Notes: generated by a model from the letters alone, not told the origin. 64,000 bases of DNA from Dehalococcoidia bacterium (GCA_041690175.1 JAWLHV010000005.1:14496-78495); one strand, 5' to 3'; shown: positions 45,302 to 57,920, counted from the first letter of the stretch. Translations and numbers: made by a program.

Positions 45302-46179
45302 CCGGACTGGCGCACCGGCACGCGACCGGCGGGCGGCGGCGGGGCAACGGGCTCCTCGTCCTCCGGGCCGTTGCGCCAGATCAGGTAGACCACCGGCAGC
45401 GCCAGCAGGATCACCACCACGGACACCAACTGCGGGACGGTGGCGAACGGCAGGAACGTCTCCGCGGAGTCCTGCCGCAGCATGGAGACGAAGTAGCGCA
45501 TCACCGCATACGACACGAGGTAGACGAAGAACGTGGCCCCCGGATAGCGCCCGAGCGGGCTGCGCCACAGCACGTAGAACAGCACGCCGAGGATCGCGAA
45601 GTCGCCCAGCATCTCGTAGGTGGTGGCGGGATGATGCGCCCCCACGGCAATGGAGTGACGGAATGCCGGCGACTCCGGGTGCGTGTAGATCACGCCCCAC
45701 GGCAGGTCCGTGGCCTTCGCCAGGTGCTCGCCGTTGATGAGGTCGCCGATGCGGCCGATGCCCATGCCCGTGATCAGGCCGAAGGACGCGGCGTCCAGCC
45801 CCCGCCACACCGGCCAGCCACGCCACAGCGCGAACGCCAGCGGCCCGGCGACACCGCCGAGGACGGCGCCCCAGATGGAGATGCCGCCCTCCGTGAGCGC
45901 GATGATCTCCGCCAGGTTGCTGCCGTAGTACTCCCAGTGTTCCGCCACGAAGAGCAGGCGCGCGCCGATGATGCCGCTGGGCACGCCGATCAGCGCCAGC
46001 GTGTAGGCGTCGTCCACGTCGTAGTTCACCTTGCCGGCGATCCACAACGAGAGGCGCACGCCAGCCAGGATGCCAATCGCGGTGAACAACCCGTGCCAGG
46101 TGAGCAGGAACCCACCGATCTCGGTGATGTTTGGGCTCCACGGGATCTCGATCGCCAGGGTCATACCGGCCAGTGCCAC
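45298..46179 (-). CDS. lgt: prolipoprotein diacylglyceryl transferase
   Basis: polytopic membrane protein with the Lgt signature GGISIWGAVLGG...GRIGDLINGEH. Confidence 0.9.
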   Translation of the reverse strand: MALAGMTLAIEIPWSPNITEIGGFLLTWHGLFTAIGILAGVRLSLWIAGKVNYDVDDAYTLALIGVPSGIIGARLLFVAEHWEYYGSNLAEIIALTEGGISIWGAVLGGVAGPLAFALWRGWPVWRGLDAASFGLITGMGIGRIGDLINGEHLAKATDLPWGVIYTHPESPAFRHSIAVGAHHPATTYEMLGDFAILGVLFYVLWRSPLGRYPGATFFVYLVSYAVMRYFVSMLRQDSAETFLPFATVPQLVSVVVILLALPVVYLIWRNGPEDEEPVAPPPPAGRVPVRQSG

Positions 46180-46259
46180 GGACGCCTCCCCGCCAAAGGT
46201 GGTGCACTTCCACGATACCCCGGCGCCTGCTCTGACGGGCGGCTGCGCGGCGCGCGGGC

Positions 46260-47075
46260 CTATGCGGGCTGCATCAGCCGCTGGTACACGGCGCGCACGT
46301 CCTCCGGTGCCAGGTCCTGCCCCAGGAAACCCTCGCCTACGCGCACCTCCCAGTGGAGGTGCAACTGCGTGCCGGGCGCGGTCACGGACTCCGGGGTGCC
46401 GGACTCGCCGACGCTGCCCAGGCGCTGCCCCGCCTCCACCCGGGAACCCTCGCCCAGGTCAGGCTCAACGCGGTGGAGGTGGCAGTAACGGGTGACCACG
46501 CCGTTGCCGTGGTCCACCCAGACCTGGCGGCCTCGGTAGGTGTCCAGCGTCTCAGGGTCGCTGAAGCCCTGCTCCTCCGTCTTCACCTCCAGCGTGCGCG
46601 CCTGGTCCAGGGTCAGGTCCACGTAGTGGTGGTCCGCCCGCACCACCACCCCGGCGTAGGACGCCACCACCGGCGTCCCACGCTCGATGAGGATGCAGGA
46701 GTCGCCCCAGTAGAAGTCCAGGCCCTCGTGCACGCCGCTGCGGTACTCGCGAGGGGCATTGGGCATGAGGTTGTCGTTCGCGGGGAAGCAGGCGCCCTCC
46801 AGCGGCATCACGAAGCCGTGGAGGTCGTCCGGGTCCAGGTCGGACGGCGGCGAGGTGGGGACGAACGGGATCGCCGCCGGCCCGGCGGTGGTGGCCACCA
46901 CTCGAGGTGTCCCGGTGGGGGCGGGCGTGCCGCCGTCCACGGTCACGCGTACCGGCGGGTCCTGCGACCCCAGGCACGCCGCGCCGAGGGCGGCGACCGG
47001 CGCGGACCCGAGGAGCGCCAGGAAGCGCCGGCGGCCGGGCCGCTGGAGTGCTGAGCGTGAAGTAACTGGCCGCAA
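46260..47075 (-). CDS. M23 family metallopeptidase (secreted; Tat-type signal)
   Basis: RRRFLALLGSAPVAALGA signal; HEGLDF...DHGNG...HLH LytM-type motifs. Confidence 0.8.
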   Translation of the reverse strand: MRPVTSRSALQRPGRRRFLALLGSAPVAALGAACLGSQDPPVRVTVDGGTPAPTGTPRVVATTAGPAAIPFVPTSPPSDLDPDDLHGFVMPLEGACFPANDNLMPNAPREYRSGVHEGLDFYWGDSCILIERGTPVVASYAGVVVRADHHYVDLTLDQARTLEVKTEEQGFSDPETLDTYRGRQVWVDHGNGVVTRYCHLHRVEPDLGEGSRVEAGQRLGSVGESGTPESVTAPGTQLHLHWEVRVGEGFLGQDLAPEDVRAVYQRLMQPA

Positions 47076-47128
47076 CGTGGGACCTCGCCCTGCCCCACCC
47101 CCGCGCGTCGAGGATACCCGTGGCCCCG

Positions 47129-47908
47129 TCAGCGGGCGACGCCCGCCGCGGCGGAGCCGCGGCCGTTCGGCCGTCCCTTGCGACGGGCCACGTCGCGGGC
47201 GGCGCGGTGAGCGCGCTCGGCCAGCTCGTCCACGGGCGCGAGTGGCGCCTCGATGCCGGCGTGCCGGCAGGCGGCGGCCAGCAGGTGCTGGAGCAGCCGG
47301 GGGTTCTTCGGCAGGACGGAGCCGTGGAGGTAGGTACCGACTGCCTCCCGGTAGACCGCGCCCTCCGTGCCGTCCGCGCCGTTGTTGCCGAAGCCGTGCC
47401 GCACGTGGGCGAAGGGTGCGGCATCCGGGCCCAGGTACGTCCGCCCGCCGTGGTTCTCGAAACCCACCACGTCGCCGACGCCCGGCAGCGTGGAGGCGGC
47501 CAGTACATCACCGATGCATCGAGCCTGACCGGGACCGGGGGCCACCGTGGTGACGTCGAAGACCGCCGCGCCGGGAAGGGTCTGCCCGCTGGTGTCGCGG
47601 TACCAGCGGCCGAACAACTGGAAGCCCCCGCACACCGCGAGCATCGGGACACCCTCGTCCGCCCACGCGCGCAGGCGCGGCCCGTGCGCGGCGAGTTCGT
47701 CCGCGATGCGCCGCTGCTCCCGGTCCTGCCCGCCGCCGATGAGCACCAGGTCCGCCGCCGGCGGCAGCCGGTCGCCCAGCGAGACCGGCCATGGGGCCAC
47801 CTCCAGCCCGCGGGCGGCGGCGCCGTACTGCACGGCCAGCAGGTTGCCCCGGTCGGCGTAGACGTTCATGACGTCGTCGTAGAGGGACACCACCCGGATC
47901 GCGCTCAC
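47129..47908 (-). CDS. gatD: lipid II isoglutaminyl synthase glutaminase subunit GatD (CobB/CobQ-like GATase)
   Basis: GTG start overlapping the murT stop (VSAIRVVSLYDDVMNVYADRGN...); catalytic Cys in LAVCGGFQLFG; HGS; the rest of ORF 47129..48313 is a shadow of murT. Confidence 0.8.
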   Translation of the reverse strand: MSAIRVVSLYDDVMNVYADRGNLLAVQYGAAARGLEVAPWPVSLGDRLPPAADLVLIGGGQDREQRRIADELAAHGPRLRAWADEGVPMLAVCGGFQLFGRWYRDTSGQTLPGAAVFDVTTVAPGPGQARCIGDVLAASTLPGVGDVVGFENHGGRTYLGPDAAPFAHVRHGFGNNGADGTEGAVYREAVGTYLHGSVLPKNPRLLQHLLAAACRHAGIEAPLAPVDELAERAHRAARDVARRKGRPNGRGSAAAGVAR

Positions 47909-49326
47909 GAGGCAGCCTCCCAGTACGCGCCCACGCCGGCCCGCCGCGCCACCAGGTCGCGCACCTCCAGCATCGCCGTGTACGTCGCCACGATGTCCAG
48001 CGTGCCACCCGCTGCCGTCCGCGCCAGCGCGGCATCGAGGGCTGCCTCGACGGCGGGGTGCACCTCGTCCGCGGCGCGCCGGGCGATCACGAAGCGCAGC
48101 GCCAGGTCGTCCGCGCGGTCGCCGCTGCACACCAGGCTGGCGACCCGCCCCGCCAGGCGCTCCAGATCGGCGTCGTAGATCCAGGAGACGTCCTGCCCGT
48201 CCTGGATGCCGTCGTTCAGCAGGGCGAGCAGCGAGAGGTCGCGCCCGCCCTCCGCTGAGGAGAGCAGCGCCCGCACGATCTCGTTCAGGCCGGCGGGGTT
48301 CTTCGCCAGCCACACGCGCACGTCCCGCCCGTCCACCGTGAAGCGCTCCTGCCGCCCGAATGCCGGCCCGGCCTTCTGCACCGCGCGCACCGCCGCCTCC
48401 GCCGGCACGTCCAGGGCAACCGCCGTTGCGATCGCGGCCAGGGCGTTGGTCACGGAGTAGAGCCCAGCCGTAGGCACCCGCAGGGCGGACGTGGTTGCGG
48501 CGGCGCCGTTCGAGGTGATCCGCACGTCCACGTCGCTGCCGTCCGCGTCCAGCCGAACGCGCGCTGCGGAGACGTCAGGCGCCCGCCGCTCACGTCCGCA
48601 GCCCGGGCAAAGCCAGTGGCCCACGTGTCCCATGAACACTCGGTCGTGGGCGAAGCGCGACCCACAGATGCAGAACCGCGCGTCGGAGGCATGCTCCTCC
48701 GCCGCCAGTGCGACGCGCGGATCGTCGATCCCGAACGTCACCACGCGCCCGCGCGCGCCCTCGGCCAGCAGTGCCACCGAGGGGTCGTCCGCGTTCAGCA
48801 CCAGCGTGGGGGCCCAGTCCGCGGCCGCGATCATCTGCGCCCAGCCCTCGGCGACGGAGTCGATCTCCCCGTAGCGGTCCAGTTGGTCACGAAAGAGGTT
48901 GAGGAACACCGCCACGCGCGGTCGAAGGCGAGGGAACAGCGGCGGCAGCGCGGCCTCGTCCACCTCGAACAGCCCGAGGCGGCCCGCGCCCGACCCGGCA
49001 CTGCCGTCGCGCCCGGCGGCATCGACGTAGGCAGTCACCAGGCCCCGCTCCAGGTTCGAGCCAGAGCGGTTGGTCAGCGGCTCCATGCCCGCCTCGCGTG
49101 CCACTGCCGCGACCAGGTGCGTGGTGGTGGTCTTGCCGTTGGTGCCCGTGACGGTCACGGCGCCGTGCTCAGGCAGCCGCCCCAGCGCCTCCACCAGGTC
49201 CCGCGCCAGCACCCCGGCCACCAGCCCCGGCAGCGCCGTCCCGCCCCCACGCCGGAGGCGTCGCGTGGCCTCCCCGGCCACCCGACCGGCAATCAGCGCA
49301 ACACGACGTTGGACGGAGGTGGACAC
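47905..49326 (-). CDS. murT: Mur ligase-family lipid II isoglutaminyl synthase MurT
   Basis: GTG start; VTVTGTNGKTTTTHLVAAV; DUF1727 C-terminal region; Cys-rich insert CICGSRF...CPGCGRE. Confidence 0.85.
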   Translation of the reverse strand: MSTSVQRRVALIAGRVAGEATRRLRRGGGTALPGLVAGVLARDLVEALGRLPEHGAVTVTGTNGKTTTTHLVAAVAREAGMEPLTNRSGSNLERGLVTAYVDAAGRDGSAGSGAGRLGLFEVDEAALPPLFPRLRPRVAVFLNLFRDQLDRYGEIDSVAEGWAQMIAAADWAPTLVLNADDPSVALLAEGARGRVVTFGIDDPRVALAAEEHASDARFCICGSRFAHDRVFMGHVGHWLCPGCGRERRAPDVSAARVRLDADGSDVDVRITSNGAAATTSALRVPTAGLYSVTNALAAIATAVALDVPAEAAVRAVQKAGPAFGRQERFTVDGRDVRVWLAKNPAGLNEIVRALLSSAEGGRDLSLLALLNDGIQDGQDVSWIYDADLERLAGRVASLVCSGDRADDLALRFVIARRAADEVHPAVEAALDAALARTAAGGTLDIVATYTAMLEVRDLVARRAGVGAYWEAAS

Positions 49327-49479
49327 CCCTCGATTGTCGCACCTGGCGACGGGACGGGGCGGACGGGCGACTCGCGCGCGTCCTCGACCCTCGAGCGGCG
49401 AGCCGGGGGGATGGGCGTCCTCGATGGGCGTGCCGCCCTCGGGACTCCGGGGGCTGCGCCGCACGAGCGGCGTGCCGCG

Positions 49480-50550
49480 CTACCTCCCGGCGCGCTCCCA
49501 GAGCGTGTGGCCGTCCGCCAGCACCGAGCGTGCGCGGCCAGCGTCCTCCAGGTAGCGGAGGTGCGCCAGCGTCTCGCCCAGGGCGGAACGCTTCATGAAG
49601 ATGTTGAAGTCGTCGAACGGGCCGGTGTTCCACTTCACGCGCTGGGAGATGTCCCGGGCGGAGGCGGGCGCATCGCCAATGGCGTCCCGCACCTCCTCCA
49701 GGCGCTCGTCGTGGTGGTGGAGCAGGATCTCGCAGCGGCCGCGCAGGTCCGCGATCGTGAACTCGTGGGCCGGCAGCGCGCACGCCACGTCGAAGGCAGC
49801 CACCTTCTTCAGGCTCTCGCGGAAGTCAGACAGCGGCGACGAGCCCTCCTGATCCGCGTGCATGGAGACGTTGGGGCTGATGTAGGGCAGCACGTGGTCG
49901 CCGGTGAACATCAAGCGGTGGTTGGTCTCGTACATGCACATGTGGCCAGGGGTGTGACCGGGCGTCCAGACCGCCTGCAGCCGCCAGCCATCGAACTCCA
50001 CCACGTCACCGTCCTGGAGCGTCACGTCAGGCTTCACGAGCGAGAACGGAGGCCGGCCCCCGCCACCGCCACCAGCCGGTCGCTGCTCGGCCGCAGGCGG
50101 TGTCTCGCCCGGCTTCACGGCGGGCGAGTTCGGGGCCAGCGCGCCGGCTGCGTTGGCCGCGTCCACCTCTCCCTGCGGGAGGCCGTGGCGCACCATCCAC
50201 TCATTGGACAGGCGGGTCCAGGCGTCGTTGTCCAGCCAGCGGTCCCGGAGCCACTGCGCCTCGCGCTCGAGCATGATCACCTGCGCGCCGGGCGACTGCT
50301 CCTTCACCCATCCCGCCATGCCGATGTGGTCAGGGTGCGCGTGGGAGATGAACAGGCGGCGGATGTCCTTCGGCTCGTAGCCCAGGCCCGCCAACTCGCT
50401 GGTCATCGCCTCGATGGCCGGAGGCGTGCCGAAGCCGGCGTCGAACAGGTTGACCCCGTCCGAGCCGCGCAGGGCGTACGGCATCACATACGGCAGTGCC
50501 GGCCCCATCATCGGGGTCTTCAACTGGAACAGTCCGGGCACGATCTCCAT
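49480..50550 (-). CDS. MBL-fold metallo-hydrolase
   Basis: ORF trimmed to MEIVPGLFQL; HxHxDH motif (ISHAHPDHIGM); downstream His and Asp ligands. Confidence 0.75.
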   Translation of the reverse strand: MEIVPGLFQLKTPMMGPALPYVMPYALRGSDGVNLFDAGFGTPPAIEAMTSELAGLGYEPKDIRRLFISHAHPDHIGMAGWVKEQSPGAQVIMLEREAQWLRDRWLDNDAWTRLSNEWMVRHGLPQGEVDAANAAGALAPNSPAVKPGETPPAAEQRPAGGGGGGRPPFSLVKPDVTLQDGDVVEFDGWRLQAVWTPGHTPGHMCMYETNHRLMFTGDHVLPYISPNVSMHADQEGSSPLSDFRESLKKVAAFDVACALPAHEFTIADLRGRCEILLHHHDERLEEVRDAIGDAPASARDISQRVKWNTGPFDDFNIFMKRSALGETLAHLRYLEDAGRARSVLADGHTLWERAGR

Positions 50551-50817
50551 GGGGGTCCTCTCTGCTTCGGGGCGCGCCGCGGCAATGCTGGGGCGGCGAG
50601 ATGCTCCCGGTACAGGTACTGCGCCCGCCCTGGCGAGGCTCGCGTGGTCGGCGAGCGCTCGAGGTCCCACGGGGGCGCTCAGGCGGCGGGAGCATAGCAG
50701 ACGGCCGGGTTCTGGCCCCGGCGCCCTGTCCCTCGACTGGGGTGGGGCTACGTCCCGCGGGCACGAAAACGGACGCCCCTGCGGGCGCCCGTCGTCACGT
50801 CTGTCGCAGGGTAGGCG

Positions 50818-51033
50818 TCAGGCCTTGGTTGAAGGCTCGTCGCTGTTCGCCGCCGTCGTCGTGGTGGTCTGATCCTTCTTGTCGTCGTCGCCGTCGCCAC
50901 GCGCTTCCGTGCGGAACTCGCGGATACCGCGGCCCAGGGCGCCACCCAGGCCCGCCACGCGAGATGCCCCGAAGAGCAGCGCGAGGATGACCAGGATGAT
51001 CAGCAGTTCCTGCCAGCCCAGGCTTCCGATCAT
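50818..51033 (-). CDS. tatA: twin-arginine translocase subunit TatA
   Basis: ORF trimmed to MIGSLGWQELLIILVILALLFGASRVAGLGGALGRGIREFR. Confidence 0.85.
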   Translation of the reverse strand: MIGSLGWQELLIILVILALLFGASRVAGLGGALGRGIREFRTEARGDGDDDKKDQTTTTTAANSDEPSTKA

Positions 51034-51198
51034 GGGATACCCCTTCCGGTTCGCCCCACCTCGGGGCGACCGCGTGGCCGATCGTAGCACCGCGCGGGGT
51101 GCTGGTCGCGTGCGGCCGTGAGATTCGCGCGCCCGCTCGTGGCGCCATAGACGGTACGTGCGCGTGCGCGGCGCGGATGGCCCGTGCGGAGGGCGCCC

Positions 51199-51531
51199 CT
51201 ACGTGGCGGGCGAGACTTGCTCCGTAATGCGCTCCACGAAGACGTGCATCACGCCCCCACAGATCTTGTCTTCGCCCTCCACGGGTTCGGTCAGGTCCAC
51301 CACGACCGTGCGCGGCGCTCCGTCGCGCATGGTCTCCATGGCCTCCTGCCACACCTCGGCCTCGCCGCAGCCGCCGCCGATGGTGCCGGAGAACGTCCCG
51401 TCCGGGCGCAGCAGCATGGCCGCACCCGCCTTGCGAGGGGTGGAGCCGCGCGTGGAGGCAACGGTGGCAAGCACGCGCGGCTCGCCCCGCTCCAGGGCCT
51501 CTCGAATCTCGCGGTAGACGTCCAGGGACAT
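51199..51531 (-). CDS. XdhC/CoxI-family protein, N-terminal domain only
   Basis: ORF trimmed to MSLDVYREIREALERGEPRVLATVASTRGSTPRKAGAAMLL...; lacks the Rossmann-like C-terminal domain. Confidence 0.55.
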   Translation of the reverse strand: MSLDVYREIREALERGEPRVLATVASTRGSTPRKAGAAMLLRPDGTFSGTIGGGCGEAEVWQEAMETMRDGAPRTVVVDLTEPVEGEDKICGGVMHVFVERITEQVSPAT

Positions 51532-51667
51532 GGGATCCGCCTCTCGCGACTCATGATAGCCGAGCGGGAATTTGTTGCGTGGCGGGAATCCGTGGCGGGA
51601 TGGCCTGCGTACCGTGTGCAGAACGCACCAATGCTGACCCGGGATCGGCCCGCAACGCCACCCGAAA

Positions 51668-51704
51668 CACAGCAGAAAAAGCACGAGGGCCGATTGCTCG
51701 GCCC
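51668..51704 (-). terminator. intrinsic terminator downstream of the full-length xdhC-like gene
   Basis: reverse strand gggccgagcaatcggccc (7-bp GC stem) followed by tcgtgctttttctgctgtgtttc. Confidence 0.5.
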
Positions 51705-51937
51705 CCGTGCCCCAGAGGGAACTTGGCTGCGGTCTGCCCCGATGACTCCTCGAACCCCGGTAGAATCGAGGAGTTATTGCGGCGCGTGCCGCTGCCAGCG
51801 CGAGCATAGCACAGCCGTTTTCCCCTCCGGAGAGCGGCTGTCGCGTTTTCTGACCCCGTAATCCGGCCTCGCGCGGCGACTTCGGTAGATTCCGGCCCCG
51901 GGCGGCACGACCTCAACGATCTCGCCTGGGCGCACCG

Positions 51938-52792
51938 TCAGCCCTCGGTGGCCGCTGCACCTCGGAGCACCTCGCGCATGCGCGTGCCGGTACCGCCACG
52001 GCGCACCAGGATCGCCTCCGCCACGATGGAGACGGCAATCTCCTCCGGGGTCTCCGCGCCGATGTCCAGGCCGATGGGGGTGGACACCGCCCCCAGCGCG
52101 TCTGCCGGGACGCCCTCCTCCGCCATGTGCCGCAGCACCGTGGCGGTCCGACGACGGCTGCCGATCATGCCCACGTACGCCGCGCCGCGCGCCACGGAGT
52201 GCCGCAGCGCCTCCTCGTCCTGGCGGTGGCCTCGGGAGACCAGCACCACGTAGGTGTTCGCGTCCAGCGCGAGGCCGTCCAGCGCGTCCCCCGCGTCGGC
52301 GACGATCACCTGGTCCGCCATGGGGAAGCGCTCGGGGGTGGCGAACTCCTCCCGGTCGTCGATCACCGTCACCGAGAACCCCGTGTGCTCCGCGACCGTG
52401 GCCAGAGCGAGGCCCACGTGCCCCGCGCCCACGATCACCATGCGCGCGGGCGCCTCGAACAACTGCACCATCACCTCTGCAGCGCCGTCCCCGGCCTGGG
52501 AGCGCCGATCAGAGACGCCGCCGGCGCCCGCGTAGAGCGTCTGCATCATGAGGCGGGGGACGGTGGCGAACATCTCCGCGGCGGCGCGCACCACGGCTCC
52601 GTCCGCCGCGGCGTCTCCCAGGGAGCCGTGGTGGCTGCCGTCGCGGTGCACCAGCACCTTTGCGCCCACCTCCAGCCGAGGCGGCTCGCCGGCTGAGACG
52701 GCGGTCGCCACCGCGACCGGCTCGTCACCGCCCAGGGCGCCCTCGATGGCCTGCACAATGCGCGCGCGGAGTGCTGGGTCCATGGCTGTCAT
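51938..52792 (-). CDS. XdhC family molybdoenzyme maturation factor (both domains)
   Basis: XdhC_CoxI N-domain plus Rossmann-like domain (MVIVGAGHVGLALA...). Confidence 0.8.
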   Translation of the reverse strand: MTAMDPALRARIVQAIEGALGGDEPVAVATAVSAGEPPRLEVGAKVLVHRDGSHHGSLGDAAADGAVVRAAAEMFATVPRLMMQTLYAGAGGVSDRRSQAGDGAAEVMVQLFEAPARMVIVGAGHVGLALATVAEHTGFSVTVIDDREEFATPERFPMADQVIVADAGDALDGLALDANTYVVLVSRGHRQDEEALRHSVARGAAYVGMIGSRRRTATVLRHMAEEGVPADALGAVSTPIGLDIGAETPEEIAVSIVAEAILVRRGGTGTRMREVLRGAAATEG

Positions 52793-52874
52793 CCCCGCCG
52801 TTCGTCTTGCCGCGCCAGATCATACGGTCGGGGCGGTCGGACGTGCCGGCTGGGATCGCAGGACGGTGGCTCGG

Positions 52875-53969
52875 TCAGACGTTGAAGAGGATGTTCAGGA
52901 CGTCGCCATCCTGCACCACGTACGTCTTGCCCTCGGTCCGGAGTTTGCCGGCCTTCTTCAGGTCCGCCATGGAGCCCTTCGCGGCGGCCATGTCCTGCCA
53001 GGACGTGACCTCCGCGCGGATGAAGCCGCGCTCCAGGTCGCTGTGGATCTTCCCGGCGGCCTCCGGCGCCGTGGCGCCCTTCGCAACCGTCCAGGCCCGC
53101 ACCTCGTCCTCGCCGGCGGTGAGGAAAGAGTGCACGCCCAGCAACTCGTACGCGGCGACGATCGCGCGGTCGCGCGGGGAGTCCGCGCTCAGCCCCAGGT
53201 CCGCGCGGAAGGACTCCGCGTCCGCGGGCTCCATCTGCGCCAGTTCGGCTTCAATCTTGGCGCACATCGCCGCCACCGCCACGCCCGTCGCGCCGTAACG
53301 CTCCCGGAACTCCTGCTCAATGGTCGCGGCGTCGCCCACGGCGTCCTCGCCGATGTTGACCACCAGCAGCACCGGCAACTTGGTGATGAACTGGTACGCG
53401 CGCAGTTCCTTGTCTTCGGACTCCGTCAGCACCATGGATCGCAGGCCCTGCCCGGACTCCAGGTGCGCCTGCACGCGGCCGAGCAGGTCACGGTGCGCCT
53501 CCATCGCGGAGCGCTCGCTGGCCTTCATCGAGCGCATCTCCGAGTCGATCCGGGTCAGGCGGCGCTCGATCAGCCCCAGGTCCACGAATGTCAGTTCCAG
53601 GTCCAGCGCCTCGATGTCGCGGTGCGGGTCAACGGAACTGTCGGGGTGGGGGACGGAGTCGTCCTGGAAGTGGCGGACCACGTGGACCAGCGCGTCCATG
53701 CGCGCCAGGTCAGCGAGAAACTGCCGCCCGGGCCCGTCCGCGCCGAACTCGCCAATGGGATAGTCCACCCAGCGGATCTCGGCGTAGGTGACCTTCTTGG
53801 GCTGGAAGGTCTCCGCCAGCGCGTCCACGCGCTCGTCCGGCACCTTCACCACGCCCACGTTGGGCTCGCTCCCGGAGGAGTACGCGCCCACCTGCGCCGT
53901 ACCGCGCGTGACCGCGTTGAAGAGCGACGTCTTGCCGCTCCGAGCCTTGCCGATGATTCCGAGTTCCAT
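52875..53969 (-). CDS. ychF: redox-regulated ATPase YchF
   Basis: MELGIIGKARSGKTSLFNAVT...; C-terminal TGS domain. Confidence 0.95.
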   Translation of the reverse strand: MELGIIGKARSGKTSLFNAVTRGTAQVGAYSSGSEPNVGVVKVPDERVDALAETFQPKKVTYAEIRWVDYPIGEFGADGPGRQFLADLARMDALVHVVRHFQDDSVPHPDSSVDPHRDIEALDLELTFVDLGLIERRLTRIDSEMRSMKASERSAMEAHRDLLGRVQAHLESGQGLRSMVLTESEDKELRAYQFITKLPVLLVVNIGEDAVGDAATIEQEFRERYGATGVAVAAMCAKIEAELAQMEPADAESFRADLGLSADSPRDRAIVAAYELLGVHSFLTAGEDEVRAWTVAKGATAPEAAGKIHSDLERGFIRAEVTSWQDMAAAKGSMADLKKAGKLRTEGKTYVVQDGDVLNILFNV

Positions 53970-54027
53970 GGCCGTTCAGTCTGTGGCCGCCCCTGCCGAG
54001 CGGCAACTGACCACACGCCCTAGCGGA

Positions 54028-54330
54028 TCAGCCGCGGCGGCCGGACTCGCGCTCTTCCTCGTCCTCGCGGGCCCAGCGCTCCAGGCGCGCGCGGCGCTTG
54101 GCCTCCCGGCGCTCCTCCTGCCCCTCCCGCCAGCCGAGGTAGACGTACGCGCCGATGCCCACCGCCAGGGCGACGCCAACGGCCAGCCACTCGTTGGTCG
54201 GGCGCAGGAGGTACCAGCCGAAGATCGCGAACACGAACGACCACAGCGAGCGGTTGCGTTGCTTCCTGCGCGCGTCCTGCGCCGCCTGCTGCTCGGGCGT
54301 GAGCGCGGGCTTCTTGCGGCGCTTAGGCAT
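54028..54330 (-). CDS. small hypothetical membrane protein
   Basis: Lys/Arg-rich N-terminus; one or two transmembrane helices; charged coiled tail. Confidence 0.4.
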   Translation of the reverse strand: MPKRRKKPALTPEQQAAQDARRKQRNRSLWSFVFAIFGWYLLRPTNEWLAVGVALAVGIGAYVYLGWREGQEERREAKRRARLERWAREDEEERESGRRG

Positions 54331-55165
54331 CGCGGTGGCCCTCGCGCCCCCGCAAGGCGGTCCCGTTGTGGACGGACGGACTCGCCTGGCCCCGGCCGAA
54401 GTCGCACCGACGCAGGAGCGGGCACTCCGCGCACCTCGGGCGTGACTTCAGGCACACCTGCTGCCCGTGGCGGACCAGCAGCGCGTGCCACTCGTTCAGC
54501 ATCGTCACGTCCGGGCCGATGCGACCCAACAGGAACGAGCGGTAGACGTCGTACTTGCGCGGCCCCGGAGGACAGCCGAGGCGCTCGAAGATCCGGTAGG
54601 CGTAGGCGTCCACCACGAACGTGGGCTTCCGCGCGGCGTACAGCGTCATGGCGTCCGCGGTCTCCGGGCCGATGCCCCAGATCTCCAGCAATCGCGCGCG
54701 TACCTCGTCCGGTTCGCCCTCCAGCAGCGCGTCCACGGAGCCGCCGCCGTCCATCACCACGGCCTCACAGAAAGACTGCACCTTGCGCGCCTTTACGTTG
54801 AAGTGGCCGGAGGGGCGCACCAGGTTCGCCAGCACGTCGTGCGGCAGGTCCAGCAGCGCCTCTGGCGCCAGCACGCCCGCCGCGCGCAGGTTGGCAAGCG
54901 CAGCGGCGGCGCCCTTCCAGGAGGTGTTCTGCGTGAGGATCGCGCCCAGGCAGATCTCGAAGCGCTCCGTCTCGGGATCCGCCGTGGCGGTGGGCCACCA
55001 CTGCTGGTGGCCGTACGTGCCCAGCAGCGCCCGATAGATCGCGTCCAGCGTGCGGCGGGAGGGAGGGCGGCGCGCCGGCCTTTCGAGGCGGCCCGAGGTC
55101 GCCTGGTCCTCCAGTCCGGTGCGCCCGGCCTGGAGCCGCCCACCCCGGGAGCGCTGCAGGTTCAT
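54323..55165 (-). CDS. endonuclease III-like HhH-GPD DNA glycosylase with [4Fe-4S] cysteine cluster
   Basis: ORF trimmed to MNLQRSRG; HhH motif LLEIWGIGPETADAMTLYA; CLKSRPRCAECPLLRRC. Confidence 0.8.
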   Translation of the reverse strand: MNLQRSRGGRLQAGRTGLEDQATSGRLERPARRPPSRRTLDAIYRALLGTYGHQQWWPTATADPETERFEICLGAILTQNTSWKGAAAALANLRAAGVLAPEALLDLPHDVLANLVRPSGHFNVKARKVQSFCEAVVMDGGGSVDALLEGEPDEVRARLLEIWGIGPETADAMTLYAARKPTFVVDAYAYRIFERLGCPPGPRKYDVYRSFLLGRIGPDVTMLNEWHALLVRHGQQVCLKSRPRCAECPLLRRCDFGRGQASPSVHNGTALRGREGHRDA

Positions 55166-55599
55166 CCCCCGGCCCACTTCGGGATCTTCGCCTTCGCCAC
55201 GGCGTCGTAGTAGGGGATGTACGGCTTCACGTCGATCACGGGCGTGCCGTCCACGAGGTCCAGCCCGCGCACCGCGATCGAGTCGCCCTCCACGCGGCGC
55301 ACCTCGCACACGGTGACACTCACGGGGTTCGGGCGTGCGCCCCGCAGCGCCAGCGCGCCCTGCAGCGGCAGCCGCTCGTCGCCAGAGGGGTACGCGGTGC
55401 GGCGGGCGAGGTACTCCGTGGGGTACCAGTCCAGCCATCCGATGACCATGACGTGCGTGTAGTCCTCCAGGCCTCGCAGCGCTTCCCCCAGCCCGGGATC
55501 GAGGTCGATTCGCGACTCCACCCGGCTCCAGTCCGCCCGGCTCACGTCGTGCTCGCCGTTGCGGACGGTGCCAATGGGGCGAAGCGTAATCTCGACCAT
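55162..55599 (-). CDS. trmO: tRNA (adenine37-N6)-methyltransferase TrmO/TsaA family
   Basis: MVEITLRPIGTVRN...PNPVSVT...GTPVIDVKPYIPY; ATGA overlap with the downstream glycosylase gene. Confidence 0.75.
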   Translation of the reverse strand: MVEITLRPIGTVRNGEHDVSRADWSRVESRIDLDPGLGEALRGLEDYTHVMVIGWLDWYPTEYLARRTAYPSGDERLPLQGALALRGARPNPVSVTVCEVRRVEGDSIAVRGLDLVDGTPVIDVKPYIPYYDAVAKAKIPKWAGG

Positions 55600-55613
55600 G
55601 GGCGGCATTGTAG

Positions 55614-57920
<2,307 letters not shown>

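Noticed and set aside
51690-51800. tRNA-like GGTTCGAGG stretch between the xdhC genes (reverse strand)
   Set aside because: No matching T-stem, acceptor stem or anticodon arm could be built. No convincing tRNA was seen in any intergenic region of the window.
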